Below are positions 41,516 to 52,156 of a DNA stretch of 64,000 nucleotides, piece by piece (position 1 is the stretch's first letter; each line of letters opens with the position of its first letter). The stretch is taken from contig CAWJGT010000009.1 in the NCBI GenBank assembly GCA_963842525.1, positions 1,792,001 through 1,856,000 on the forward strand, given 5' to 3'. A model generated the notes under the pieces. That model was not told the DNA's origin and did no database searches. It saw only the letters and a list, made by a program, of their open reading frames with translations. The position numbers and the translations under genes are program-made. The stretch is from an uncultured Holophagales bacterium (GTDB taxonomy: Bacteria; Acidobacteriota; Thermoanaerobaculia; Multivoradales; UBA5704).

Positions 41516-43411
41516 GCGCCGGACAGACCTATCAGAACCCGGTCTGGCCCGGGTCGTTCCCCGACCCGTTCGTCCTCAAGTTCCGGGGCGAGTACTGGGC
41601 CTACTGCACCGGCTTCTGGACGGACGGCCGCTGCTTCGGGGTCCTCCACTCGCGCGACCTGGTGCGCTGGGAGCCCCGGGCCGGCGCCCTGGAGACCCTT
41701 CCCGGCGGACATCCTTGCTACTGGGCTCCGGAAGTCACCTACGACAACGGCCGCTTCTACCTTTATTACAGTGTCGGCAACGAAGAGCGCATGGAGATCA
41801 GGGTGGCGGTGGCGGACCGGCCGGAAGGGCCGTTCGTCGACAGCGGCCGGCGGCTGACCTCCGAGCCCTTCGCCATCGACGCCCACGTCTTCGCCGCGCC
41901 GGACGGCTCGCGCTGGCTGTTCTATGCCACGGACTTCCTGGAGCACAGCCACATCGGCACCGGCACGGTGCGCGACCGGATGCTCGACCCATACACCCTG
42001 GCCGGCGTTCCGCAGCCGGTCTCCCTGCCGCGCCACGACTGGCACGTCTATCACCCGAACCGGCCGGAGAAGGGGGGAGTGCGCTGGCACACCGTCGAGG
42101 GCCCCTTCGTCCTGGAGCGCAAGGGGCTCCTCTACCAGATGTTCAGCGGCGGCAACTGGCAGAACCCGACCTACGGCGTGAGCTATGCCGTGAGCCCCAG
42201 GGTCGACAGCCCGGGCGAGTGGAAGCAGGCGGCCGACGGCGTGCGGGTCCTGCCGGTCCTGCGCACCCTCCGCGGCGGAGAGGCGGAAGTGATCGGACCC
42301 GGCCACAACTCGGTCGTGCGCGGCCCTGACAACCGGGAGCTCTGGTGCATCTACCACCGCTGGTCCGCCGATTCCAGCGCCCGCGTGCTTTCGATCGATC
42401 CGCTCGACTGGGCCGGCGAACGCCTGCTGGTGCTCGGCCCCTCGACAGCCCCGCAGCCCGCGCCTCGTCCTCCGGTCTTCGTGGACTTCTTTGACGAGCC
42501 AGGAGGCCTCGGGCCGGGATGGGAGACGCTGGGCGGGGCATGGTCCTCGGGAAACCACGCAGCCGTCCAGAGCGAGCCCCAGGGGACCGGTGCAGCCAGC
42601 CGGCGGACCAACACGCCGAGCTTCCTCGTCGAGGTCAGCGCGCGGGCGCTGGACCGCTCCAGGGGCAGCTTCGGCCTTGGCCTGCGGGGACGGGGAGGCC
42701 GGTGGCTCCGCCTTCTGGCCTCCGACCTGCCGTTGCCGCCAGGCTTCGATCCCACCGCCTTCCACCTGCTCCGCCTGGAGGTGGACGGTCTACGCCTCCG
42801 CCTCGAGATCGACGGCGGCGCCGCCCGCTGGCAGGGTCGGCTGGAGCAGCCCGCGGACGAGATCGCCCTCCTCGTCGAAAGGACCGCCGCCGAATTCTCC
42901 GGCTTTTCCCTGTCCGCCGGCTGGGAAGACCTGTTCGAACGACGAGACGTCTCCGGCCGATCTGGGCTGGGACACCGGAGGCGCCGAAGCGTGGGTGGGG
43001 GAGGGCCGGCTCTGGCTCGCCTCCGGCGTGATCACCAAGGGTCCGCCCTTCGAAAGCTACGAGGTGCGGATCAACGCACGTCTGCACGAAGGAGACGGCG
43101 GCTACGTCCTGTTCCCGGCCTGGGGCGAGATGGGGCCGGGACCCGCAATCGAGCTTGTCCTTGCAGACAGGGCCTTGGATGTCGGAGAAGCTGGAGAGGA
43201 GCGCCAATTCCTCCTGCCCTCCGGCTTCGATCCGCGGACCGACCAGCATCTCCGCTTCCGCAAGCACGGCGGTAAGCTGGAGATCTCCTGGGAAGGCACC
43301 ATCCTGGGCACCGTCGCCGCTCCGACCCACCCCACCCGGCTGGCGCTGGGAGCCCGGGGAGGCCGGGTCTCCTTCGAGGCGGTGCGGGTCACGGCCCTGA
43401 TCGACGCTTGA
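41512..43411 (+). CDS. Glycoside hydrolase family 43 with C-terminal beta-sandwich domains; frameshift near 42940
   Basis: GTG overlapping the GH1 stop; YQNPV..FPDPFV, WAPEV, AIDAH, TVEGP, GPGHNS. Confidence 0.87.
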
Positions 43412-43636
43412 AGGCCTGAGAGGGTGTCTGGAAAACTCTGCTGGGGGCGTCGCCTTGGCCCCTCACCCCCAGCCCCTCTCCCATCCGCACTCCCTTCCCC
43501 CGGGAGGGGGGAGAAATGCATGATCAGGAAGCTCCTGGGTGGGGGCTCCCCTCTCCCGGGCGGGTGTGAGTGCGGATGGGAGAGGGGTCGGGGGTGAGGG
43601 CCCGCGGCGGGACTCGCGCAGGACTTCCAGACACCC

Positions 43637-43724
43637 TCTGATCTACTACGTCCGAGAGTCCTCGTACGGCGCGCAAATTTCTTTTCCATCCGGCCCAACG
43701 GGCTGGGAGAGCGGAGCCCAGGGC
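43637..43724 (+). repeat. About 88-bp direct repeat of 46279-46366 (left arm of a REP-B element), interrupted here by the IS110 end
   Basis: tctgatctactacgtccgagagtcctcgtacggcgcgcaaattt... versus tctgatcgactacctccgagaatcctcgtgcggcgcgcagattt... Confidence 0.85.
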
Positions 43725-43877
43725 TTCTATGTGGGCCACCGGTGTCAAGCGTCTCGGGGTGGTGGTTCGTCGTTTTCCCTTTCCTGGCCCCCCTCCTGTC
43801 ACCGGTTTTCTCGCTTCTTGGTTCTCAGTCCGTCTGGCGCTTGCCCGGAGTGTGCAGGGACCTGGGGAGTCGTCCTT

Positions 43878-44045
43878 TCCAGCTTCTATCCGTGCTGACC
43901 TCTTTGGGTCAGGACACCAAATGCAGCATGCGCTGTCGAGCGACTCAGGCAAGCTCTCGGAGCGGCCCCATCTGAGAGAACGGTTCGGAAGCCGAACCAA
44001 GCCCTGGGCCGGGCACGCTCCACCAGTCGTTTCTCTCCGAGCTTT
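43878..44045 (-). ncRNA. Putative bridge RNA / seekRNA (boundaries approximate)
   Basis: Two internal loops, each around a short hairpin; loop strands match the target flank (gcccagggct; ctgaga) and the element end (cttctat). Confidence 0.7.
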
Positions 44046-44056
44046 TTCCTCCCAGA

Positions 44057-44570
44057 TTACTTCGTCTTCAGCTCAGCACCCTCAGGAATCACACCGTAGT
44101 CCAGATAGCGCCACAGCGCGATCAGCAGCTTGCGGGCGAGGGCCACGATCCCCACCCGCCGAGATCGGCGGCTCCCAGGACCATAACGCTCCTGAAACCA
44201 CAAGCTCAGGCGACTCTGCGGTTGGAAGCGCAACCAGCCCCAAGCGATCTCGATCGCCATCGCCCGGACCCGACGATTCCCCGCCTTGCTGATCCCTTGT
44301 TCGTGGTTGACCGTGTCACCGCTCTGATAAGGCATCGGCGTCAGACCCGCCAAACCGGCCACCTCACGGCGGTTGCGGAACTGCCGCCAGCCGAAGAACT
44401 CCACCACGAACAGCCAACCACTGTTGCCTCCGATCCCCTTGAGCTCTTGCAGCCGCTGCACCTTCTCCGTCGCTTCCACGCTGGCCGTCCGGCGAAACCG
44501 CTCGAGCTCGGCAATCTGACTCTCCAGCACAGCCAGACGCTCGCCCTCTCGCCTCAAACGCTCTCTCCGC
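44057..44570 (-). pseudogene. IS110 transposase, C-terminal half only
   Basis: LKGIG...F.NRREVAGLAGLTP.PYQSG...GISKAGNRRVR...IVALARKLLIALWR; N-terminal DEDD RuvC domain absent. Confidence 0.9.
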
Positions 44571-44761
44571 TCCGATTCGAACCTGCCCCGCCCGCGAACC
44601 GCCTCACCAAGGCCGAAATTTGCGCCGAAAGCTCCGAGCTGGCAGCTTCTACGAGTGCGGCTTGGAATATCCGCGCCGGATTCCGCCGCGCTCCGCTTGG
44701 AAGCTCCTGCACACCTGTCGAGAGCGGCCGGACCACTGCCCCTTCGGACGCCGCAACCAGC

Positions 44762-45030
44762 GCGGCCTGCATCACTACGGCGGCGGCCTGCATCACTCGC
44801 ACCCTGGCCTGCGACACTGCTCGGGTGAAGCGAATCATTCCGAAGGTGAAGCACATCACTCCTGTTGTGACCTGATACGCTCCAAAGGTGGCAGGAGTGA
44901 TTCGTGTGATGTTCGGAGTGTCTCGCGGATCGGCGTGTGTGATGCGCGATCCGGCGGGAGTGTTGCGCTTCGAAGGCGAGGTGATGCAGATCACGGCAGG
45001 AGTGATGTCAGTCGTGATGCACGAGAGCGC
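44762..45030. repeat. Degenerate 21-bp-periodic tract with inverted symmetry
   Basis: Units such as gcggcctgcatcactacggcg / gcggcctgcatcactcgcacc / gtgaagcacatcactcctgtt, then ggcaggagtgattcg / ggcaggagtgatgtc. Confidence 0.6.
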
Positions 45031-45478
45031 GGAGTGTTCGGGTGCATTGCGGCGCAGGATCGCTATGCCCAAGGAGCTGAAGCGCCTGGTGCCGAGACCG
45101 CGCCGTGTGTCCTCCAGGCTCAGCCGTATGCAGCGCGCCGATCTTGTCGTAGGCCGAGGCGACTTGGCCGGTCCTCAGAAGCGGCTCGAAAGTCCTCGCC
45201 AGCGAACAGACTCGACCCGCTGGTGATCCAGGTCCGTCGTGTCATCCTGTGAGCGTAGCGAAGGATCTGGGCGGTGGGAACGGCCCCCACCAGCGTCATG
45301 TGGCACGACCTTTATTTCTCCGTGCGTTGATTCATTTTTTCACCGGTTCAATTCTCCACTGCGCCAATTCCTCACCCGCGGCGGTACCGGGCCGGTGCGC
45401 CGCCCGCCCGTTCCACCGCCCCTGAAGGGGCTCGAAAACGAAATCGGAGCCACCTGATCCCCGGGTTGAAACCCGGGT

Positions 45479-46189
45479 CTACGTGCCGGCGCCCACAAGG
45501 GGCGCTCCCCCCGGTCCCCCGGAGCTTTGCGGGCGAGGGCTGGGCGATTGAGGCACCGCAAGCACACGCAGAGCCATATAGCCGAGTAGCAGGCCAATGC
45601 CGAAGATCAGCGTGACTCCGTACGTGCGGGGATGCGAAGCGGGATTCAACAACCGGACCGTGATGTCACCGAAGATTCCCGCCGGATCCGTCAGGACTTC
45701 CCAACTGTTCCAGCGCAGGAACCGTCCGAGATAGATCCCGAATCCGGACAAGAAGAGCGAGCCGGCGGCGACGATCCAGCCTGCCACGCGACCGTGCCGC
45801 TCCTCCACGGCGCCTTGGACTTCGAGGAGAGAGATGTACCCGAGCAGGAGCCCCGTGCCGGCACAGGAGAGCAGGAGAGCGAGGTCATACCACAGCGGGA
45901 CCAGCGGCCGTGGTGCGAGGTGGAGCAGGTCCGTCAGGATGTAAGGTGCGTTCGGGAGGAAGAGAAGCCAGAGGGTGAACCATCCGAGCCGGAGCAGCCT
46001 GGGACCACGGCGCTGACTCGAAGCCCGGAAGGCCTGAGCCGCCAGCCACGGAATCCAGGCGAGAAAGAGATTCCACCACAGGAATACGTAGGAGAGGGAA
46101 CCCGAGCGCTCCACCCGCAGCATGAGGAGAGCGATGCACCAGAGAGTCAGCACACCGGGGATGGTCCATCGCGTGGCATCAGTTCTCAT
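45479..46189 (-). CDS. DUF1361 family membrane protein
   Basis: FLWWNLFLAWIP, WLLFLPNAPYILTDLLHL, GIYLGRFLRWNSW. Confidence 0.9.
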   Translation of the reverse strand: MRTDATRWTIPGVLTLWCIALLMLRVERSGSLSYVFLWWNLFLAWIPWLAAQAFRASSQRRGPRLLRLGWFTLWLLFLPNAPYILTDLLHLAPRPLVPLWYDLALLLSCAGTGLLLGYISLLEVQGAVEERHGRVAGWIVAAGSLFLSGFGIYLGRFLRWNSWEVLTDPAGIFGDITVRLLNPASHPRTYGVTLIFGIGLLLGYMALRVLAVPQSPSPRPQSSGGPGGAPLVGAGT

Positions 46190-46332
46190 GATCAGAATAG
46201 ATGCTTCAGGAACGGCGCGCAGAAGGCCGGATTATGGCAAGCCGGTGGGAGATCGTGGCGAAATCGTGGCTTTACTCATCTGATCGACTACCTCCGAGAA
46301 TCCTCGTGCGGCGCGCAGATTTCGTCTCCATC

Positions 46333-46725
46333 CGGCCCAACGCGCCGGCAGAACGGAGCCCAAGGCATCTGAGGCCGAAGGCCGATGCCCTGGGCAGAGA
46401 GGTGATCAAACCCCGCGGCCTGAAAGGCTCGCGAGAGATTTCTGCCGGAGTCGGCTCAGCGCTCGGTTCAGCCAGAGGTCTCGCGGCCTTTCAGGCCGCC
46501 TGAACGTGGGGCCTGTTGACCCAGGGCATCGGCCTTCGGCCTCAGCCCTGGGCTGGAGTCTCCCGGCCCGTTGGGCCGGCCTGGAAGGCTTGGGTTGCGG
46601 GCAAGCGTGAGCCGCTCTGAGAGGGTCTGGAATCAGCCCCGCAGGGGCGGTCGGAATTAGCCCGGGATTTCAATCCCGGGAACCGAGCACATTTCAACCC
46701 ACCGGAGCCCCGGCAGGGGCGACAG
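46333..46725. repeat. REP family B composite followed by another REP type (agccccgcaggggcg / cccgggatttcaatcccggg)
   Basis: Nested palindromes matching 28721-28922; related palindromes near 45418-45482 and 13127-13146. Confidence 0.8.
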
Positions 46726-47069
46726 GAATTCACGTGGCGAGGCTCATTCCGTCCGGATCTGCGGGGCTCGATTTTAAACTGTGATCATGGCGTCGTCAGG
46801 ACATGATAGCCCAGGAGGGCGGCGAAGACCAGGAAGAGGATGCCTGGGTAGACGAAGAGGTGTGCCCGCTCGTGCGAGGGGATCTGGAGCTTGCGAAGAC
46901 CGAATGCGGGAAAAGCGAAGTAGATGGCGGCGATCTGCGCCAGCTCGGCGAGGGTGTAGGTGGCTGGCGATCGGAGGATGGTCACTTCCGCTTGCATCGT
47001 CATGATGATAGCAGCTTCACGCCCCTCGCGTTCCATGACACCCTCCTTCTAGCCTCACCCCGACAGACC

Positions 47070-47723
47070 CTAGCGATCCACAAGCCGTGCTTCCTTTGGA
47101 ACCAAGGTCACCCACCCTTCATGGAGATGGAGGATCTCCATGAGCCGCAGGGCGCGTAGCGCGCTGGTCGAAACCGCATTGGTGAGGCAGTCGAAACTAC
47201 CGACAGAGCACGGATAACAGCGGCAACCGCTCGCGCACTCGGATTCGCATACCTTCCCGTTCTGCACAGTGCGTGCATCCTTCATGAGCAATACGGCAAG
47301 GCGGGACATGATGCCCGCCTCGATTGTGTAAGATTCGGCCTCGGCGAGGCTGCTCACCGAGATTAGATCTATGCTGCACGGCGCCGGTCCATGGTCAGGA
47401 CATAGCTCTGAGGGGGCAGGCGCGAGACGCTTTACTTCCCTTCCGTCCGGGCCAGTGACGCGGAAGAAATAGTTTATTATCATCCTATCGTTTGCATCGC
47501 GGCCTGTGAGGAATGAAACACCGAGGACCATCTGGCCATCCGGATTGCGTGTTACGGTGCGCAGTACGTTTCTCATGACCACGTCCGCCTCGGCGACAGC
47601 GGAGCCGAGGCTAAGAGCTGCTTCCTTCTCTGTAGAGTCTTCTCGAGCCGCAGCCGCACTGCTGGCAAGAGGCAGGCCAAGGATTCCTGCAACCAAGAAT
47701 GCCACGAGCATGATGCGTCTCAT
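47070..47723 (-). CDS. Hypothetical secreted protein with a Cys-rich segment
   Basis: GAGGAG RBS, signal peptide MRRIMLVAFLVAG...AAA, CESECASGCRCYPC; lower GC. Confidence 0.55.
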   Translation of the reverse strand: MRRIMLVAFLVAGILGLPLASSAAAAREDSTEKEAALSLGSAVAEADVVMRNVLRTVTRNPDGQMVLGVSFLTGRDANDRMIINYFFRVTGPDGREVKRLAPAPSELCPDHGPAPCSIDLISVSSLAEAESYTIEAGIMSRLAVLLMKDARTVQNGKVCESECASGCRCYPCSVGSFDCLTNAVSTSALRALRLMEILHLHEGWVTLVPKEARLVDR

Positions 47724-47866
47724 TGCCTTCTCCTCTTTGTGGAAAGTTAACATCCCTCATTTGGGCCAGGCGAGCGCGTACGGTGCCGAGCTCCTCGAAC
47801 GCTGCGCGGCAGCTCTGCCAGTGACGACCTGATGAGATACTACACCAAGCACCCTACCGAAGTGGC

Positions 47867-48391
47867 TCACGTTCCCTGGTAGACTACACGTCCCATGAAG
47901 CGTCCGCGGCAGAGATCGTCGACCCGTTTGAGGAGGGTCGGAATGCGGTAGGGCCCGTGCATCTCGGCAATGTGGTGAGCGGCCTCGGAGAGGTCCATTC
48001 CGGCAGCGGTGATGTAGAGAGGAGAGCGGCTGGCCCCACGCAGGAGCTCCTGCACGGCGGTGGCCCCGGCGTAGCGCGTCTTGGCCACGCCGATGACCGC
48101 CGCCTTCTCGTCCAGCGTCCGGTAGAGATGCGCACCGAGGCCAGGCCGTTGCTCGTCTCCCAGCCAGACGTAGCCGTCGACCACGATGATGTCTGCCGGA
48201 GGCCCCTTCTCCAGCACCGCGAGCAGGCACGGCAGCTCTCGAAGATAGAACTGCCCGGATTGATAAGGCGCGACCCGCTCGATGGGCACGACGGCCTCGG
48301 CTGCGCTGGTGCTGTCAGACCACTGGCGGAACCAAAGACCGGCAGCGACCGCGCCAGGCTCCTGGTAGTGGACGTCGAGACAGATAATCAC
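47867..48391 (-). CDS. Endonuclease V family
   Basis: CLDVHY, PYQSGQFYLRELP, VVDG, GVAK, PLYIT, YRIP. Confidence 0.88.
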   Translation of the reverse strand: MIICLDVHYQEPGAVAAGLWFRQWSDSTSAAEAVVPIERVAPYQSGQFYLRELPCLLAVLEKGPPADIIVVDGYVWLGDEQRPGLGAHLYRTLDEKAAVIGVAKTRYAGATAVQELLRGASRSPLYITAAGMDLSEAAHHIAEMHGPYRIPTLLKRVDDLCRGRFMGRVVYQGT

Positions 48392-48493
48392 GTGAGATTC
48401 ATTGCACAAAGCACAGATGTGAGCGAGGTCTCAAGGATGCGAGCCGGGTGGAACGTTGTCAAGAGGCCCTTTTGGGCTATCCTTCAATGCGCG

Positions 48494-51056
48494 ATGAGAC
48501 GGCTCGGTTGGAGGCTTCTCTTGGCCGTAGCTCTAGCGGGCGCTACGTCCGTTGACGCTGCGACGGCGGACGTGCAGGCGGCCGCGAGCTACGAAGGCCG
48601 TCCCTTGGCCGAGGTGCTCCAGTCCCTGCAAAGGCAAGGACTGACGATCGTCTTCACCAGCCAGCTTGTGCGACCGGACATGACGGTCGCCGCCGAGCCC
48701 GCCGCCCGCGAGCCGCGGCAGCTCCTGGAAGAGGTCCTGGCGCCGCACGGGCTGGGAGTCGAGGCCGGGCCCGAGGGCATCCTGGTGGTCGTTGCGAAAG
48801 CGGCGGCCGGCGACATTGGCAAGGCCTCGATCGAGGGGAGGGTGTTCGCTCGCGAAGGCCGCCGGGGCTTGGCGGGTGCCGTCGTCCGAGTGGTCGAACG
48901 CGCGCAAGAGGCTGCGGTCCTCGACGATGGGAGCTTCTCCGTGGCCGCTCTGGACCCCGGAAGCTACACCCTGGAGGTGAGCGCGGCGGGGTACCTGGAG
49001 CAGCGGATCGAGGGGATCTCGGTTGCCGCGGGCGAGGCGCGCCAGGTCGTGTTCTACCTGCGCCTGCAGCCTGTCTTCCACGACGAGATCGTCGTGCAGC
49101 CGAGCCGCCTGTCACTGCTCCAGGAGCCCTCGGACTCGTCTTTGTCCTTCGGCCGGGAGGAGATCGAGAGGCTTCCCCATCTGGGCGGGGACATTTTCCG
49201 CGCGGCCTCCTTGCTGCCCGGCGTGGCGGCCAACGACGTCACCGCCCGACTCAGCGTCCACGGCGGACGTTCCGACGAGGTGAAGATCCTCCTGGACGGA
49301 CAGGAGCTGTACGACGCCTACCACCTCCAGGACTACGACGGCGCGCTGAGCCTGATCCCCGCTCGCGCCCTCGCCAGCGCCAGCCTGACGACGGGAGCCT
49401 ACCCGGTCAGCCACGGCGATCGCATGAGCGGTGTGCTCGACCTGCGGACCACGGATCCGCCGGCCGGACGCCAGCTCGTCCTCGGGCTCAGCGTGCTCGA
49501 CGCGCTGGCATCCGGCTCCGGCAGGCTTGCAGACGACCGCGGGGCCTGGCTCGTCACCATGCGCCGCGGCTCCCTGGACCTCGCCCGGGACGCGATCGGC
49601 GGCGAGCACCCGCAGTTCTGGGATGTCCTCGGCAAGGCCGAGCTGCACGACGGACCTCGGCCTGGTGGGAGCCCGGGTCCTCGCGGCCGGCGATGACCTC
49701 GAGCTGGACAGGATCGACAACGACAGCGTCGAGCGCTTCGAGAACGGCTACCGCAGCACCTATGGATGGCTCACGCACCAGGCGATGCCGGGCCGGCAGC
49801 TTCTCGTCGAGACGGTCGGATCGTGGGCGGAGATCGAGAGGCGGCGCGGAGGGACAGGAGAAGACGAGGAAGGCGAGTTCGAGCTGCGGGACCGGCGCCA
49901 CCTCCAGGTCCTGGCGCTTACCCAGGCCTGGAGCCGGCAGCTCGAGCCCCGGCACGTGCTCATGGCGGGGTGGGAGGCACGGCGCTACGACGCCTTTTTC
50001 GACTACTTCAAGGAGATGGAGCCCGAAATCGTGATTCTCGCACCCTTCGCGCCTCCCCGGTTGATCGAGCACCAGCTCGAGGAATCGTTGCGCGACGAGC
50101 ACGTCGGCCTCTGGGCCAGCGACCTGGTCTCCTGGAGCAACCGATTCACGGCCGAGCTCGGGCTGCGCTACGACCGTCACACCGCCACCCACGACAACCT
50201 TTTGAGTCCCAGAATCAATCTCGCCTGGCGCCGGGGAGAGCGCAGTGTCATCCGCGCAGCCTGGGGGAGGTTTTACCAGAGCCAGCGCCCCTACGAGCTG
50301 CAGGTCGAGGATGGCGAGACCGCCCTCCGGCGGGCGGAGCTTTCAGAGCATCGGGTCCTGGGCTACGAGACCGTCCTGCGGCCCAACCGCCTGGGCTTCG
50401 AGGCCGTTCGCGTCGAGTTGTTCCACCGCGAGATCGACGACCCGAGGCCGCGCTATGAGAGCCTCCTCGAGCCGCTGAACATTTTTCCCGAGATCGAGCC
50501 CGACCGGGCGCGCATCGCTCCCGTGCGGAGCACGGCGGAAGGCCTGGAGCTCCTGGTGCGCGGCAGCCGCGGCGCCCGCTTCGACTGGTGGATCGCCTAT
50601 TCCTACGCCCGGGCCGAGGACCGGCTCGCCGGCGAGGACGTGCCGCGTCCCCTCGACCAGCCGCACACGCTGGCTCTCGACCTCAACGTCCGCCTCCCCA
50701 GGTCGTGGAACCTCAACCTCGCCGGGCGGTATCACACCGGCTGGCCGACCACTCCGGTCGACACCCGCGAAGTCATCGACCCGGAAGACCCGGAGGAGTC
50801 TGAGCTCGTGGCAGTCTTCGGGCCGCTGCGCAGCAAGCGCTTCCCGCCGTATCATCGCCTCGACCTGCGGGCCAGCCGCCGCTGGGACCTGCGCGCGGGG
50901 GCGCTGACGTTCTTCGTCGACATCCAAAACGTTTACAATCGGCACAACCTCGCGGGGTTCGACGCACAACCGGACGAGGACGCCGGTGTCGTGGTTCTCG
51001 AAAAGGAGCGCTGGGCGGGCATCTTCCCCTCCCTTGGTGTGACCTGGGAGCTCTGA
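48494..51056 (+). CDS. TonB-dependent receptor with N-terminal STN-like and carboxypeptidase-regulatory-like domains; frameshift near 49645
   Basis: Signal peptide; plug (LPGV..GG..E..ILLDG..GDRMSGVL); GLRYD, LSPRINLAW, RLDLR, NVYN; C-terminal GVTWEL. Confidence 0.87.
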
Positions 51057-51106
51057 GCCGAGCGAAGGTGCCAGCTCTCGGCGCCGTCGCAAAGCGAGCG
51101 ACCAGG

Positions 51107-52156
51107 TCAACGCCGACGCCGGATGACCAGCGTACCGCCTTCCAGCGTCCCCTCCAGCCCGGCTCCCGGGAGGACGGCGAACGGCGCGCGGTCCGGCCGC
51201 AGGTTGCCGATGCTGCCGTGCAGCACGATTCCTCTCGCCGAGGCCGCGAGCGCTTCGTCCGCAAAGCGGATCTGCCAGCCGGTCTCGCGCGACACCCAGG
51301 CGAGGAATTCCTGCAAGCTGCGGCCCTCGATGTCGAAGCGGGCAGAGGTCTCCAGGACCCATTCCCAGCCGGGACCGTAGGTGGCTGCCTGGTGGCGCTC
51401 CGCCGTTCCATCGGGGTGGAGGACCAGCTCCTGCCCGGCCGGTGTGCGAAAGGTGTGACCACGGTGCTCCGTGAGGACCTCGCCGTCGCGGACCCTCACG
51501 AGCAGGGCGCTTCTTTCAGACCCTACCCGGACCATGAACTGCGTGCCGATGTCCCGTGCCGTGCCCAGCGGGGTCCGGATTTCGATCGCGGGAATCGCCG
51601 AGCCCGATCGGCCCGTGTCGATGTACAGCGCTCCGCGCTCGAGCTCTACGGCGGTGGCGGAGGCGAAGCGCAGCCGGGTTCCCGCGTCAAGGCGCACGGT
51701 CGCGCCGTACGCCAGGCGTAGCAAGGCCCGTCCAGGGCTCTCGTCGCCGCCGCTCGCGAGCGTTGCACCGCTTGGAATCGGCTCGCCGGCCGAGAGCAGG
51801 CGCATCGCACCAGTTCCTTCAAGCTGGACGGAGCCGGTGGCCGCCTCCACCCAGGCGACCGTCGGTGGCACGCTGTCGCTCTGCAGAGCCCACCACACAG
51901 CGAGACCGACGGCGACGGCCAAGGCAGCCGCCAGAGGCAGCAGGAGCGCGCGGAGCGGCCGGCGCCTGATCTGCACCGGGGCCGGGGCCCTGCGCTGGAC
52001 CTGCTGCCGCCACGCGGACCGGGCTGCCGAGGAGATTGCCGCGAGGTCCTCTTCCGGGATCTGTGGGCGTGGCCCGGCGCTCTCCAGCAGCCGGCGGACG
52101 ATCTCCTCCTCTTCGGGAGGGAAAGCGCCTGCGGTCTTCTGATCTCGTTCATCCAT
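51107..52156 (-). CDS. FecR-family anti-sigma factor
   Basis: Single TM; VRLDAGT, LERGALY, DIGTQFMV, VRDGEV; C-terminal SLQEFLAWVSRETG. Confidence 0.85.
   Translation of the reverse strand: MDERDQKTAGAFPPEEEEIVRRLLESAGPRPQIPEEDLAAISSAARSAWRQQVQRRAPAPVQIRRRPLRALLLPLAAALAVAVGLAVWWALQSDSVPPTVAWVEAATGSVQLEGTGAMRLLSAGEPIPSGATLASGGDESPGRALLRLAYGATVRLDAGTRLRFASATAVELERGALYIDTGRSGSAIPAIEIRTPLGTARDIGTQFMVRVGSERSALLVRVRDGEVLTEHRGHTFRTPAGQELVLHPDGTAERHQAATYGPGWEWVLETSARFDIEGRSLQEFLAWVSRETGWQIRFADEALAASARGIVLHGSIGNLRPDRAPFAVLPGAGLEGTLEGGTLVIRRRR

Larger units (their letters stand above)
43724..44570 (-). mobile_element. IS110-family element remnant: downstream end, non-coding region and transposase C-terminus
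   Basis: Transposase fragment plus about 330 bp of non-coding sequence ending cttgacaccggtggcccacatagaAG at a CT core inside a REP. Confidence 0.85.

Noticed and set aside
40180-43275. 1031-aa ORF as a single GH1-GH43 fusion
   Set aside because: Its first 440 or so residues are an off-frame shadow of the GH1 gene; the real GH43 starts at GTG 41512.
44570-44854. N-terminal part of ORF 44057..44854 as the IS110 RuvC domain
   Set aside because: It has no DEDD motifs and is read-through into the adjacent non-coding and periodic tract.
2085-49650. About a dozen frameshifts read as programmed frameshifting, phase variation or mass pseudogenisation
   Set aside because: They are single-base indels in unrelated genes that otherwise have intact motifs and no nonsense codons, with no shared slippery sequence. 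Sequencing or assembly error is the simpler explanation; reads are needed to confirm.
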